A DNA stretch of 42,290 bases from Immundisolibacter sp. Lineage in GTDB: Bacteria; Pseudomonadota; Gammaproteobacteria; Immundisolibacterales; Immundisolibacteraceae. The stretch covers positions 1 through 42,290 of the forward strand of contig NZ_JAQVGQ010000002.1 of the NCBI RefSeq assembly GCF_028696615.1, in the 5' to 3' direction. Positions 10,433 through 18,185 of this stretch are shown piece after piece. A program made the translations under genes and the position numbers. Within the stretch, counting starts at the first letter, position 1. Every line of letters starts with the position of its first letter. A model generated the notes under the pieces. It was not told the DNA's origin, searched no databases, and was given only the letters and a program-made list of their open reading frames with translations.

Positions 10433-11898
10433 AACGCCTGCGGGTGCTGCTGGCGGCCAGCGAGGCCTGGCCACTGGTCAAGACCGGCGGTCTCGGCGAC
10501 GTGGTGGGCGCCCTGCCGGTGGCGCTGCGTGGTCTCGGCGTCGACGCGCGCCTGGTGCTGCCGGCCTACCCGGCCGCGCGCCAGGCACTGCCCGACGCCC
10601 GGCCGCTGGCGCGCTCGGCGCTGTACGGCGCCGACATCACGCTGCTGCGCGGCGAGCTGCCGGCCGGCGGCCGGCGCATGCTGCCGGTGTACTTGATCGC
10701 CACCGCCGCTTTCGATCGCCCCGGCAATCCCTACCAAAACGCCGACGGCGTGGACTGGCCGGACAACCCGGCGCGCTTTGCGCTGTTCTGCCGCGCCGCG
10801 GCGGCGCTGGCGCTGGGCCATCTGGCGCCGGACTGGCGCGCCGATGTGGTGCACGCGCACGACTGGCAGGCCGGCCTGCTGCCGGCCCTGCTCAGCCTGC
10901 ACACGCAGCGGCCGCGCAGCGTGTTCACCGTCCACAACCTCGCCTACCAAGGCTTGGCACCGGCCGCGGATGCCGCCGCACTCGGCCTGCCGGCCGAGTG
11001 GTGGCGCTTCGACGCGCTGGAGTTCTTCGGGCAACTGGCGCTGATCAAGGGCGGCCTGGTGTTTGCCGACCGCATCACCACCGTCAGCCCGCGCTACGCG
11101 CAGGAGATCCAGACCCCCGAGTTCGGCTGCGGGCTGGACGGCCTGCTGCGCTACCGCGCCCACGCGCTGGTTGGCATCCTGAACGGCATCGACGCCGAGC
11201 AGTGGAACCCAGCCACCGATCCGGCCCTGCCCTACCGCTACGACGCCGAGCACCTGGACCTTAAGGCCGCCGACAAGGCGGCGCTGCAGCAGGAACTGGG
11301 ACTCGCGGCCGAGCCGCGGGCGCTGCTGCTCGGCCTGGTCAGCCGCCTGGTGGCGCAAAAAGGCATCGACCTGCTCATCGACGCCCTGCCGCACCTGCCG
11401 GCCGATGTGCAACTGGTGGTGCTCGGCAGCGGCGAGGCCGCCTACACCGAAGCCCTGCGCGCCGCCGCGGCGGCGCAGCCGGCGCGCATCGCCTTTCGCG
11501 CCGGCTACGACGAACCGCTCGCCCACCGCATCCAGGCCGGCGCCGACGCCTTGCTGGTACCCTCGCGCTTCGAACCGTGCGGCCTGACGCAGCTGTACGC
11601 CCTGCGCTACGGCACCGTGCCCATCGTGCGCGCGGTGGGTGGTCTCGCCGACACGGTCGTCGACGCCAGCGCCGAGAATCTCGCCAGCGACTGCGCCACC
11701 GGCATCGTATTCGAGACCGCCAGCAGCGCCGCCCTGCTGGCCGCCATCGAGCGCGCGCTGGCGCTGTTTCGCGCCGGCGCGCCGTGGCAGCAGCTACAGC
11801 GCGCCGGCATGGCCGAGGACCACTCCTGGGAACACGCCGCCGGGGCGTATCTGGAGCTTTACTGCCACCTGCTCGACCAAGAGCTGCCAGGCGCCTGA
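10429..11898 (+). CDS. glgA: Glycogen synthase
   Basis: GTG start overlaps the glgB stop (GTGA). [46 protein letters not shown] and [11 protein letters not shown] motifs. This is the C-terminal part of track ORF 8224..11898. Confidence 0.97.
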   Translation: MKRLRVLLAASEAWPLVKTGGLGDVVGALPVALRGLGVDARLVLPAYPAARQALPDARPLARSALYGADITLLRGELPAGGRRMLPVYLIATAAFDRPGNPYQNADGVDWPDNPARFALFCRAAAALALGHLAPDWRADVVHAHDWQAGLLPALLSLHTQRPRSVFTVHNLAYQGLAPAADAAALGLPAEWWRFDALEFFGQLALIKGGLVFADRITTVSPRYAQEIQTPEFGCGLDGLLRYRAHALVGILNGIDAEQWNPATDPALPYRYDAEHLDLKAADKAALQQELGLAAEPRALLLGLVSRLVAQKGIDLLIDALPHLPADVQLVVLGSGEAAYTEALRAAAAAQPARIAFRAGYDEPLAHRIQAGADALLVPSRFEPCGLTQLYALRYGTVPIVRAVGGLADTVVDASAENLASDCATGIVFETASSAALLAAIERALALFRAGAPWQQLQRAGMAEDHSWEHAAGAYLELYCHLLDQELPGA

Positions 11899-11907
11899 TC
11901 GATAACG

Positions 11908-11954
11908 AAAAACGGCCCGCGGCCGGGGAGTGATTCCCGGTCGCGGGCCGTCTT
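11908..11954. terminator. Intrinsic terminator between convergent glgA and the oxygenase operon (U-tract on the minus strand; possibly bidirectional)
   Basis: Stem acggcccgcggccggg (11912-11927) pairs with cccggtcgcgggccgt (11936-11951); A-run at 11908-11912. Confidence 0.75.
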
Positions 11955-11970
11955 GCGAGCAAGCGTTTTT

Positions 11971-12018
11971 AACAGGCCGTTGAAACAGGCCGTCGAAAAA
12001 GGTTTTTCAACGGCCTGT
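11971..12018. repeat. Cluster of IS-end-like repeats: two direct copies of acaggccgt(t/c)gaaa and one inverted copy
   Basis: acaggccgttgaaa (11972-11985) is the perfect inverse of tttcaacggcctgt (12005-12018); a second direct copy lies at 11985-12000. Confidence 0.7.
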
Positions 12019-12521
12019 CAAACGCTGAACACGTCGAGCTGGCGCGGGATCACGTCGTTGTTGACGATGATCTTCTTCTGCACGATGCCAAAACCCTCCG
12101 CGCGCCGGCGCAGCGCGTAGTGGTAGCTGCCGAAGAAGAAATCGGCGCGCTTCTCGTCGAGCTTGAACGCATCGGCGTGGAAGTTCGCCGTCACCAGCAG
12201 GCAGCCGTCCCGCTCGCCGGCCAGGCGCACCGTGCTCACCAGGTGGGTGACGCGCGGCATGCGCAGCAGCGACGAGGACAAGCCCGAGCGGATGCGCCAG
12301 ATGCGCTCGCCGAGCCGCTCCTTGCCCTGCAGGTAGATCAGCGACAGCTGCGTGTCGGGATCTTGCGTGTAGGATTCGTCGTCGTGCCAGGCCGGCACCC
12401 AGTAGACGCAATCCTCCTCGTACAGCGCCAGCCAGTCGTCCCAGCGGCGCTGGTCCAGGCAGGCCGCCTCCTCGTACAGAAACTCCGTCACCTCGGCCAG
12501 CAGTTGGACGTCGATTGCCAT
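12018..12521 (-). CDS. Aromatic-ring-hydroxylating dioxygenase beta subunit (BenB/XylY-like)
   Basis: FLYEEAACLDQRRWDDWLALY, YWVPAW, LSLIY, RIWRIRSGLSSS and NDVI motifs; starts 1 nt after the alpha-subunit stop. Confidence 0.93.
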   Translation of the reverse strand: MAIDVQLLAEVTEFLYEEAACLDQRRWDDWLALYEEDCVYWVPAWHDDESYTQDPDTQLSLIYLQGKERLGERIWRIRSGLSSSLLRMPRVTHLVSTVRLAGERDGCLLVTANFHADAFKLDEKRADFFFGSYHYALRRRAEGFGIVQKKIIVNNDVIPRQLDVFSV

Positions 12522-12522
12522 C

Positions 12523-13878
12523 TCAGGCCACCTCGCGCCGGGTTTGCTGCGCGTCGCGCTCGAGCCCTTTGCACAGCGTGTTCAGCCAGTGCCGGTACTC
12601 ACCGTGGTACAGCGTCTCGTCGGCGGCGTCGGGCGCGCTCTCCCGCGCGGGGATGCCCACCTCACGGGCGAATTCGTCCGGCCCGATGATGCGCCGCGCC
12701 ATGCCGCGGTCGAAATCCTGCCATTCGGCGTTGCGTCCGTAGTAGCCGGACTGGCAGGCGTCGAACTCGGTCAGGTCGTCCGGTGTGGCCAGGCCGCTGG
12801 CGCTGTAGAAGTCCTCGTACTGGCGCAGGCGCCGGCGGCGCTGCTCGGCCGACTCGCCCTTCATGGCGATGCACTTGACGGTGACCTCGGTCTCGTCCTG
12901 CGACAGCGGCCGCCAGGTGCGCACCTGCGTGGAAATGCCGTCGAACAGGATCACGTTGGGGTAGATCAGCACCTGGCGCAGACGTGCCGCCATCCAGCGC
13001 GCCCGCTGCTCGCCGAAACGGGCGACCAGGTTGTCGTACTGCATGCCGGCGGCGCGGTCGCGGTAGTTGGCGACGTCGAACCAGATCACCACGTGGCCGT
13101 TGCCCAGATCGTAATTACCGCTGTGCGCCTGCGGGTTCAGCACGTCGATGGCCTTGACCTGGTCCTTGCCGGCCGCCTCGGCCGCCTTCTTGGCACGCAG
13201 CGCCGCGAGGCGGAAGTACGAGGTATGCACCGGGTCCAGGTGATAACCGTCGACGCCGTTCTCGGCCTGCATCTTCCAGTTGCCGTGGTGCGTGTACACC
13301 GAGAAGCCGGGCAGGATCTCGAGGCCCTGCTCGGACTGGTCGGCGAACATGTCCAGGAACACCGCCGCGCCGGCCAAGTGCTCCTTCAGCGGCAGCACGT
13401 CGGCGTTGAGACTCGCGAAGATGAAACCCCGATAGGAGCCGACCTGCGGCACCGGCGTCAGGCCGTAGTTGGCCTTGTCGAAGCTCGGCAGGTAACCACC
13501 GCCGGCCTCGTTTTTCACATCCAGCAGCGTGCCCTGGTTGTCGAACACCCAGCCGTGATAGGGGCAGGTCCAGTGCTTGGCGTTGCCGTGCGGCTTGCGG
13601 CACACGTTGGCGCCACGGTGGCTGCAAGCGTTGATGAAGCCGCGGATCTGCCCGTCGCTGCTGCGGGTGATGATCACCGGCTGGCGACCCATCACGGTGG
13701 TGATGTAGTCGCCGGGGTTCGGAATTTCGCTCTCGTGGGCGACGTAGATCCAGTTGCCCTCGTAGATGTGTTTGAGCTCCGCTTCGAAGATCTCGGGATC
13801 GGTGTAGATCGAACGGTGGACCTTGAAGGTTTCACCCGGCTTGTCGACGACACGCCAGCGCAGGTCTTCGGGTTTCAT
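12523..13878 (-). CDS. Rieske aromatic-ring-hydroxylating dioxygenase alpha subunit (BenA/XylX/AntA-like)
   Basis: Rieske CSH-x17-CPYH; mononuclear Fe site NWKMQAENGVDGYH-x4-H; EDFYSASGLATPDD. ATG 13878 follows an AGGAG RBS. Confidence 0.93.
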   Translation of the reverse strand: MKPEDLRWRVVDKPGETFKVHRSIYTDPEIFEAELKHIYEGNWIYVAHESEIPNPGDYITTVMGRQPVIITRSSDGQIRGFINACSHRGANVCRKPHGNAKHWTCPYHGWVFDNQGTLLDVKNEAGGGYLPSFDKANYGLTPVPQVGSYRGFIFASLNADVLPLKEHLAGAAVFLDMFADQSEQGLEILPGFSVYTHHGNWKMQAENGVDGYHLDPVHTSYFRLAALRAKKAAEAAGKDQVKAIDVLNPQAHSGNYDLGNGHVVIWFDVANYRDRAAGMQYDNLVARFGEQRARWMAARLRQVLIYPNVILFDGISTQVRTWRPLSQDETEVTVKCIAMKGESAEQRRRRLRQYEDFYSASGLATPDDLTEFDACQSGYYGRNAEWQDFDRGMARRIIGPDEFAREVGIPARESAPDAADETLYHGEYRHWLNTLCKGLERDAQQTRREVA

Positions 13879-13982
13879 ACGGCACTCCTGATGAGGCAAG
13901 CGAACGGATCGGCGCGGGCCGGCGAGGCACACTCGCCCGACCTGCGCACGAGCGAAGCTTGCGGGACGGGTACCGAAACGGG

Positions 13983-14075
13983 TTGACGAGCGTCAAGGGC
14001 GCCGCCTGAACCGACCCGACCGGTCGGTCGCCCTCACCTTTACAAGCGCGCCTTCGTCAGACTAACGTACGTTGA
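13983..14075. promoter_or_regulatory. Divergent promoter region with three palindromes and a candidate rightward sigma70 promoter
   Basis: TTGACGAGCGTCAA at 13983-13996; CCGACCGGTCGG at 14016-14027; AACGTACGTT at 14064-14073. TTTACA (14039-14044) is 18 nt from TAACGT (14063-14068). Confidence 0.6.
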
Positions 14076-14133
14076 TCTTTGACGGCACCAGCGTTCCGCC
14101 CTGGGCCAGCACCCGCCCCGAGGAGACCGAGCC

Positions 14134-15381
14134 ATGAACCGACCGCGCGACTACGCGGATCTCGCGCGCGTGGACCGCACGCACGTCAGCCTGTACACGG
14201 ACCCGGAGGTGTTCCACGACGAGATGGAGCGCATCTTCTACCGCTCCTGGGTATACGTGGCGCACGAGAGCGAAATCCCGAACCCCGGCGACTACAAGAC
14301 CACCTACATCGGTCTGGTGCCGGTGATCGCCACGCGCGACGCCAAGGGCAAGGTGCACGTGCTGGTGAACCGCTGCACGCACCGCGGCGCCACCGTGTGT
14401 CCGTACGAGAAAGGCCACGCGGCGAGCTTCGTGTGCCCCTACCACGGCTGGGAGTTCGCGCCGGACGGCCAGCTGCTGTCGGTGGGCCTGCCCAAGGGCT
14501 ACAACGAGGGCGAGCTCGACATGGCCCAGCTCGGTCTGCGCGAGGCGGCCAAGGTGGACAGCTACCGCGGCATCGTCTTCGCGAGCCTGCTGGAGGTGCC
14601 GGACATCACGCTGGAGCAAAAACTGGCCGGCGTGCGGCCGGTGATCGACATGTACATGGACCTATCGCCGGTGGGCGAGATCCTGGTCGGCCACAGCGGC
14701 ATCTACAAACATCCCTACCACGGCAACTGGAAGATCCAGACCGAGGGCTCGGTCGAGGGCTACCACGCCATCTTCACGCACCAGACGGCGCTCGACGTGA
14801 TGGCGCGCAAGATGGGCGCCTTCCTGCGCGGCTTCCAGAATTCCGGCCTCAAGGGCCTGGACGTCGGCTACGGCAACAACATCCTGGAGGTGTACCGGCT
14901 GTCGGACGAGCAGGTGCACCAGCGCTGGCCGAAGCCCTACATCGACATGCTGTGCGACGCCCACGGCGAACGGCGCGCCATGGAGGCGCTGCGCAACCGC
15001 TTCAACCTGGTGATCTTCCCGAACTTCGCCATCCTGGAGTACCAGTTCCGCGTCATCCGGCCGATCGAGCCCGACTTCACCGAGGTGCGCATCTACCACA
15101 CCACGCTCAAGGACGCGCCGGCCGAGATAAACCTCAAGCGCGTACGCGAGCACGAGTTCTTCTACGGCCCGGCCTCGTTCGGCGGCCCGGACGACTACGC
15201 CGCCTTCGACCGTATCCAAGAGGGTTTCCGGGCACCGATGGTGCCGTGGGTGCACCTGAACCGCGGTTACCTCAGCGAACAGACCGACGCCCAGGGTCAT
15301 CGGGTAGGCGACCTCACACAGGAAACCCAGCAGCGGGCGCCCTACTACGAATACCGCCGCCTGATGACGCGGGAGGTGTGA
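14134..15381 (+). CDS. Second Rieske ring-hydroxylating oxygenase alpha subunit
   Basis: CTH-x17-CPYH; NWKIQTEGSVEGYH-x4-H; FFYGPASFGGPDD; GAGGAG RBS. Confidence 0.93.
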   Translation: MNRPRDYADLARVDRTHVSLYTDPEVFHDEMERIFYRSWVYVAHESEIPNPGDYKTTYIGLVPVIATRDAKGKVHVLVNRCTHRGATVCPYEKGHAASFVCPYHGWEFAPDGQLLSVGLPKGYNEGELDMAQLGLREAAKVDSYRGIVFASLLEVPDITLEQKLAGVRPVIDMYMDLSPVGEILVGHSGIYKHPYHGNWKIQTEGSVEGYHAIFTHQTALDVMARKMGAFLRGFQNSGLKGLDVGYGNNILEVYRLSDEQVHQRWPKPYIDMLCDAHGERRAMEALRNRFNLVIFPNFAILEYQFRVIRPIEPDFTEVRIYHTTLKDAPAEINLKRVREHEFFYGPASFGGPDDYAAFDRIQEGFRAPMVPWVHLNRGYLSEQTDAQGHRVGDLTQETQQRAPYYEYRRLMTREV

Positions 15382-15383
15382 GC

Positions 15384-15869
15384 ATGGACCGCGCGCAAGC
15401 CGAAGATTTCCTCTACCACGAGGCGCGCCTGCTGGATGCCGGGCGCTGGCGCGACTGGCAGAAGCTGTTCACCGACGACGCCATCTACTGGGTGCCGGCC
15501 AACAAGGCCGACTACGACCCGACCCAGCACGTGTCGTTCATCTACGACACCATGGACCTGCTGAACGAACGCCTCGGGCGGCTCGAAAGCCCGGTGTGCT
15601 ACTCGCAGCAGCCGCCGTCGACCACGCTGCACCAGATCGGCAACGTCATCGTCGAAGAATCCGGGCCGGATTACGCCAAGATCAGCTCGAATCTGGCGCT
15701 GTTCGAGTTCCGCAACAACCGCCAGATGCGCTTCTACCCGCTGCAGACCTTCCCGGCGCACTGCCAGCATCATTTGCAGCGCACGGCAGACGGCTGGAAG
15801 ATCAAGTTCAAAAAGGTCACCCTGCTCAACTGTGACGGCGAGATCTTCGACCTCACCTTCCTGCTGTAA
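15384..15869 (+). CDS. Second ring-hydroxylating oxygenase beta subunit
   Basis: FLYHEARLLD, YWVP, SFIYD, SQQPPS and KKVTLLNCD motifs; GGAGG RBS; begins 2 nt after the alpha stop. Confidence 0.92.
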   Translation: MDRAQAEDFLYHEARLLDAGRWRDWQKLFTDDAIYWVPANKADYDPTQHVSFIYDTMDLLNERLGRLESPVCYSQQPPSTTLHQIGNVIVEESGPDYAKISSNLALFEFRNNRQMRFYPLQTFPAHCQHHLQRTADGWKIKFKKVTLLNCDGEIFDLTFLL

Positions 15870-15885
15870 CCGCGAGGGCTCCCCC

Positions 15886-16875
15886 ATGAAGACCGAAGGA
15901 CGTTTCAGCCTGGATGCCACCGACGGCTTCCCGTTCTCGCGCGACAGCAAGGACTACCAGCAGGGTCTGGCGCTGATGCGCAAGGTGCTGGGAGCGGACG
16001 ACGCCGCCAAGATCGAGGCGCTGATCGACAACCCGCTGTTCGGCAACGAGATCGGCTACCTGTTCTCCAAGACCTGGGGCGCGCTGTACGCCCGCGACAA
16101 CCTGCCGCTGCGCGACCGTGCCCTGCTGCTGATGGGCAGCGATCTGGCGCTCGGCCGCGAGGGGCCGCTCAAAGACCACATGCGCGTCGCGCTGTACGCC
16201 GGCGTGAGCCCGCAGCAGATCGTCGAGGCACTGTTCCAGTCCATGTTCTACGTGGGTGCCCCGGGGCTGGTGCTGGGGCTCAAGGTGGCCAGCGAGGTGC
16301 TGGCGCCGCACATGGAAGCCATGAAGAATGCGCCGGCGATTCCGCAACGGACAAAGGAGGGGACGATGATCAACGATCTTGGCGTGCGCCTTGGACCGAT
16401 CAACCACGTGGCCATGGCGGTCAAGGACTGGGAGAAGACCGCGCGCGGCTTTGCGAGCCTGATGGGCCTCAAAACCTGGCGCAAGATGGAAATCCCGTCG
16501 GCCATCATGGAAAAGGCCGAGTACTACGGCAAACCGGCCGAGTTCGTGTGGATTTCGGCCTTCGCCAAGCTCGGCGACACGCTGATCGAGCTGTGCCAGC
16601 CGGTGTCCGGTGAAACCGTGTTCGCCGACTTCGTGAACCAGTACGGCGACGGCATGCAGCACGTGGGGGATCTGTCGCACCCCGAGCCGCTGGAACTGGT
16701 GCGCCGCTACACCAGCCAGGGCGTGAAGATCGCCAACTACTGCAAGATCGCCGGCGTCGCCGAGCTGTTCTTCCTGGACACCCGCGAGCAGCTCGGCGGC
16801 ATGTTCCTGGAAGTGGTGGCGCCGCCCACCTACGCGCAGATCGCCGCCATGGGCGAGGACGTCACCTTCACCTGA
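15886..16875 (+). CDS. Fusion of a carboxymuconolactone-decarboxylase (CMD) domain and a VOC/methylmalonyl-CoA-epimerase-like domain
   Basis: N-half WGALYARDNLPLRDRALL...HMRVALYAGVSPQQIVEAL...YVGAP is PcaC-like. C-half INHVAMAV, IELCQP, GMQHVG and FLEVV supply the H/E/H/E metal ligands. Confidence 0.8.
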   Translation: MKTEGRFSLDATDGFPFSRDSKDYQQGLALMRKVLGADDAAKIEALIDNPLFGNEIGYLFSKTWGALYARDNLPLRDRALLLMGSDLALGREGPLKDHMRVALYAGVSPQQIVEALFQSMFYVGAPGLVLGLKVASEVLAPHMEAMKNAPAIPQRTKEGTMINDLGVRLGPINHVAMAVKDWEKTARGFASLMGLKTWRKMEIPSAIMEKAEYYGKPAEFVWISAFAKLGDTLIELCQPVSGETVFADFVNQYGDGMQHVGDLSHPEPLELVRRYTSQGVKIANYCKIAGVAELFFLDTREQLGGMFLEVVAPPTYAQIAAMGEDVTFT

Positions 16876-16907
16876 CGGGCGCCCGCGCGCTCACGCCGAC
16901 ACATTTG

Positions 16908-16937
16908 TCAGGCCGGCACGCTCCGGCCTGATTTTTT
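16908..16937 (+). terminator. Intra-operon intrinsic terminator
   Basis: tcaggccgg-cacgct-ccggcctga (9-bp perfect stem) followed by T6. Confidence 0.8.
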
Positions 16938-16957
16938 CGTGACGAGGAGAACCAACC

Positions 16958-18013
16958 GTGCCCGCAACCATCCCGGTCGGCAAATGGCAGTACACCACCG
17001 TGGTCGTGCGCGACTACCGACAGGTGGTGTGCAACTTCGCGCGCTTTTTCGGCATCGACCGCTGGGAAGTAACCCGCGTCGACGGCAAGTACCTCACCGG
17101 TGCCCGGTTCGATGGCAAGCCGGCGCAGCCGCGTTGGATCTCGGCGCGCGGTCACAGCGGCCAGCTCGGCATCGAGCTGATCCAGCCGGTGGACGGCCCG
17201 TCCGGCTACCGGGCCATGCTGGATAGCGTCGGCGAGGGCATGTACGGCGTGGCCGCCAGCGTGTGCGAACCCGGGCAGTTCGAGACCCTCCAGGCGGACC
17301 TCGCCGCTCAGGGTATCGGCATCCGCCAAAGCGGCACCTTCTTCGACGCCGTCGACGTCTACCAGCTCGACACCCGCGACGCGCTGTCGAACGTGATCGT
17401 CGAGGTGCACTGCCCGCGCCGGGCGGACTGGCAGTCGCGCATCCACCCGCACGAGGTGCTGCAGATGGACCTGAACCGCCTCGGCCCGCAATTCCTGCCG
17501 ACGCAGAAAATGCTGCACATCGGCGTGGTCTGCAAGGACCGCGACCGCACCAAAGCCAATCTGCAAAAACTGTTCGGCATGCAGCGCTGGATCGAGTTCA
17601 AGATCGAAACCGGCGTCAGCATGGAAGACACCACCTACTACGGCCAGCCCTGCTACCACGCCTACGACAACCACGTCGGGCGCCTCGGCGAGCTGTGCTT
17701 CGAGCTGATCACCCCGCGCAGCGACAAATGCGTGTATGACGAGTTCCTGAAGGAACGCGGCGAGGGCATGCACCACACCTTCCCCACCATCTGCTCGAAG
17801 GAAGAATTCACCGCCCGCCTGCCGGAACTCGAAAAACACGGCATGCCGGTCATCCAGGGCGGGCGCATCGGCGATCTGATGGAGTACTACTACGTCGATA
17901 CACGCCGCTACCTGCCCGGCATCACCACCGAGGTGGTCATCCCGCTGCGGCCGGACTGGCTGCAGCTGTTCTTCCCGAACCCGGAAGACGCCTCCATACT
18001 GACCGGTAACTGA
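16958..18013 (+). CDS. Tandem VOC (glyoxalase/MMCE-like) domain protein
   Basis: Internal duplication (IELIQP..GEGMYG vs FELITP..GEGMHH; YQLDTR vs YYVDTR); GTG start with GAGGAG RBS. Confidence 0.82.
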   Translation: MPATIPVGKWQYTTVVVRDYRQVVCNFARFFGIDRWEVTRVDGKYLTGARFDGKPAQPRWISARGHSGQLGIELIQPVDGPSGYRAMLDSVGEGMYGVAASVCEPGQFETLQADLAAQGIGIRQSGTFFDAVDVYQLDTRDALSNVIVEVHCPRRADWQSRIHPHEVLQMDLNRLGPQFLPTQKMLHIGVVCKDRDRTKANLQKLFGMQRWIEFKIETGVSMEDTTYYGQPCYHAYDNHVGRLGELCFELITPRSDKCVYDEFLKERGEGMHHTFPTICSKEEFTARLPELEKHGMPVIQGGRIGDLMEYYYVDTRRYLPGITTEVVIPLRPDWLQLFFPNPEDASILTGN

Positions 18014-18166
18014 GAACCTGTGAATTTTTCAGGCTCCGAGGCCGGCCAGGTATGGCCGGACGCGAATCGAGCACGCAAGGGCTTGATTCGCGGGAGCTCG
18101 TCCGGGCGTGTACCGGACGGGCGACGCAAGAAATGCGCAGGACGCGCATTTCTTCACAAACTCTGA
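18011..18166. mobile_element. MITE-like non-coding element (~150 bp) with imperfect terminal inverted repeats and a TGA target duplication
   Basis: TGA|gaacctgtgaa...ttcacaaactc|TGA. Internal hairpins cgcgaatc/gattcgcg, cgtccgg/ccggacg and aagaaatgcgc/gcgcatttctt. Homologous copy at 1687-1761. Confidence 0.75.
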
Positions 18167-18185
18167 GCCGGCTGGAGCGCGGACG

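Noticed and set aside
8224-11898. 1224-aa ORF suggesting a giant glycogen-synthase fusion
   Set aside because: The N-terminal ~735 aa is an Arg/Pro/Ala-rich shadow frame over glgB; GlgA starts at GTG 10429, overlapping the glgB stop.
11971-12018. Possible mini-CRISPR (short repeats ending GAAA)
   Set aside because: The repeats are ~15 bp, abut without spacers, one is inverted, and no cas genes are present.
12018-13878. Assigning the symbols benA/benB
   Set aside because: Family motifs match, but there are no benC/benD neighbours and the substrate cannot be established from sequence.
14079-15869. 596-aa ORF ending in the beta subunit
   Set aside because: The upstream part is an off-frame read of the alpha gene; the real start is ATG 15384 with its own RBS.
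18108-18185. N-terminal extension of the LLM gene
   Set aside because: It lies within the MITE; the family-typical start MIPFSVLDL is at 18186 with an RBS.
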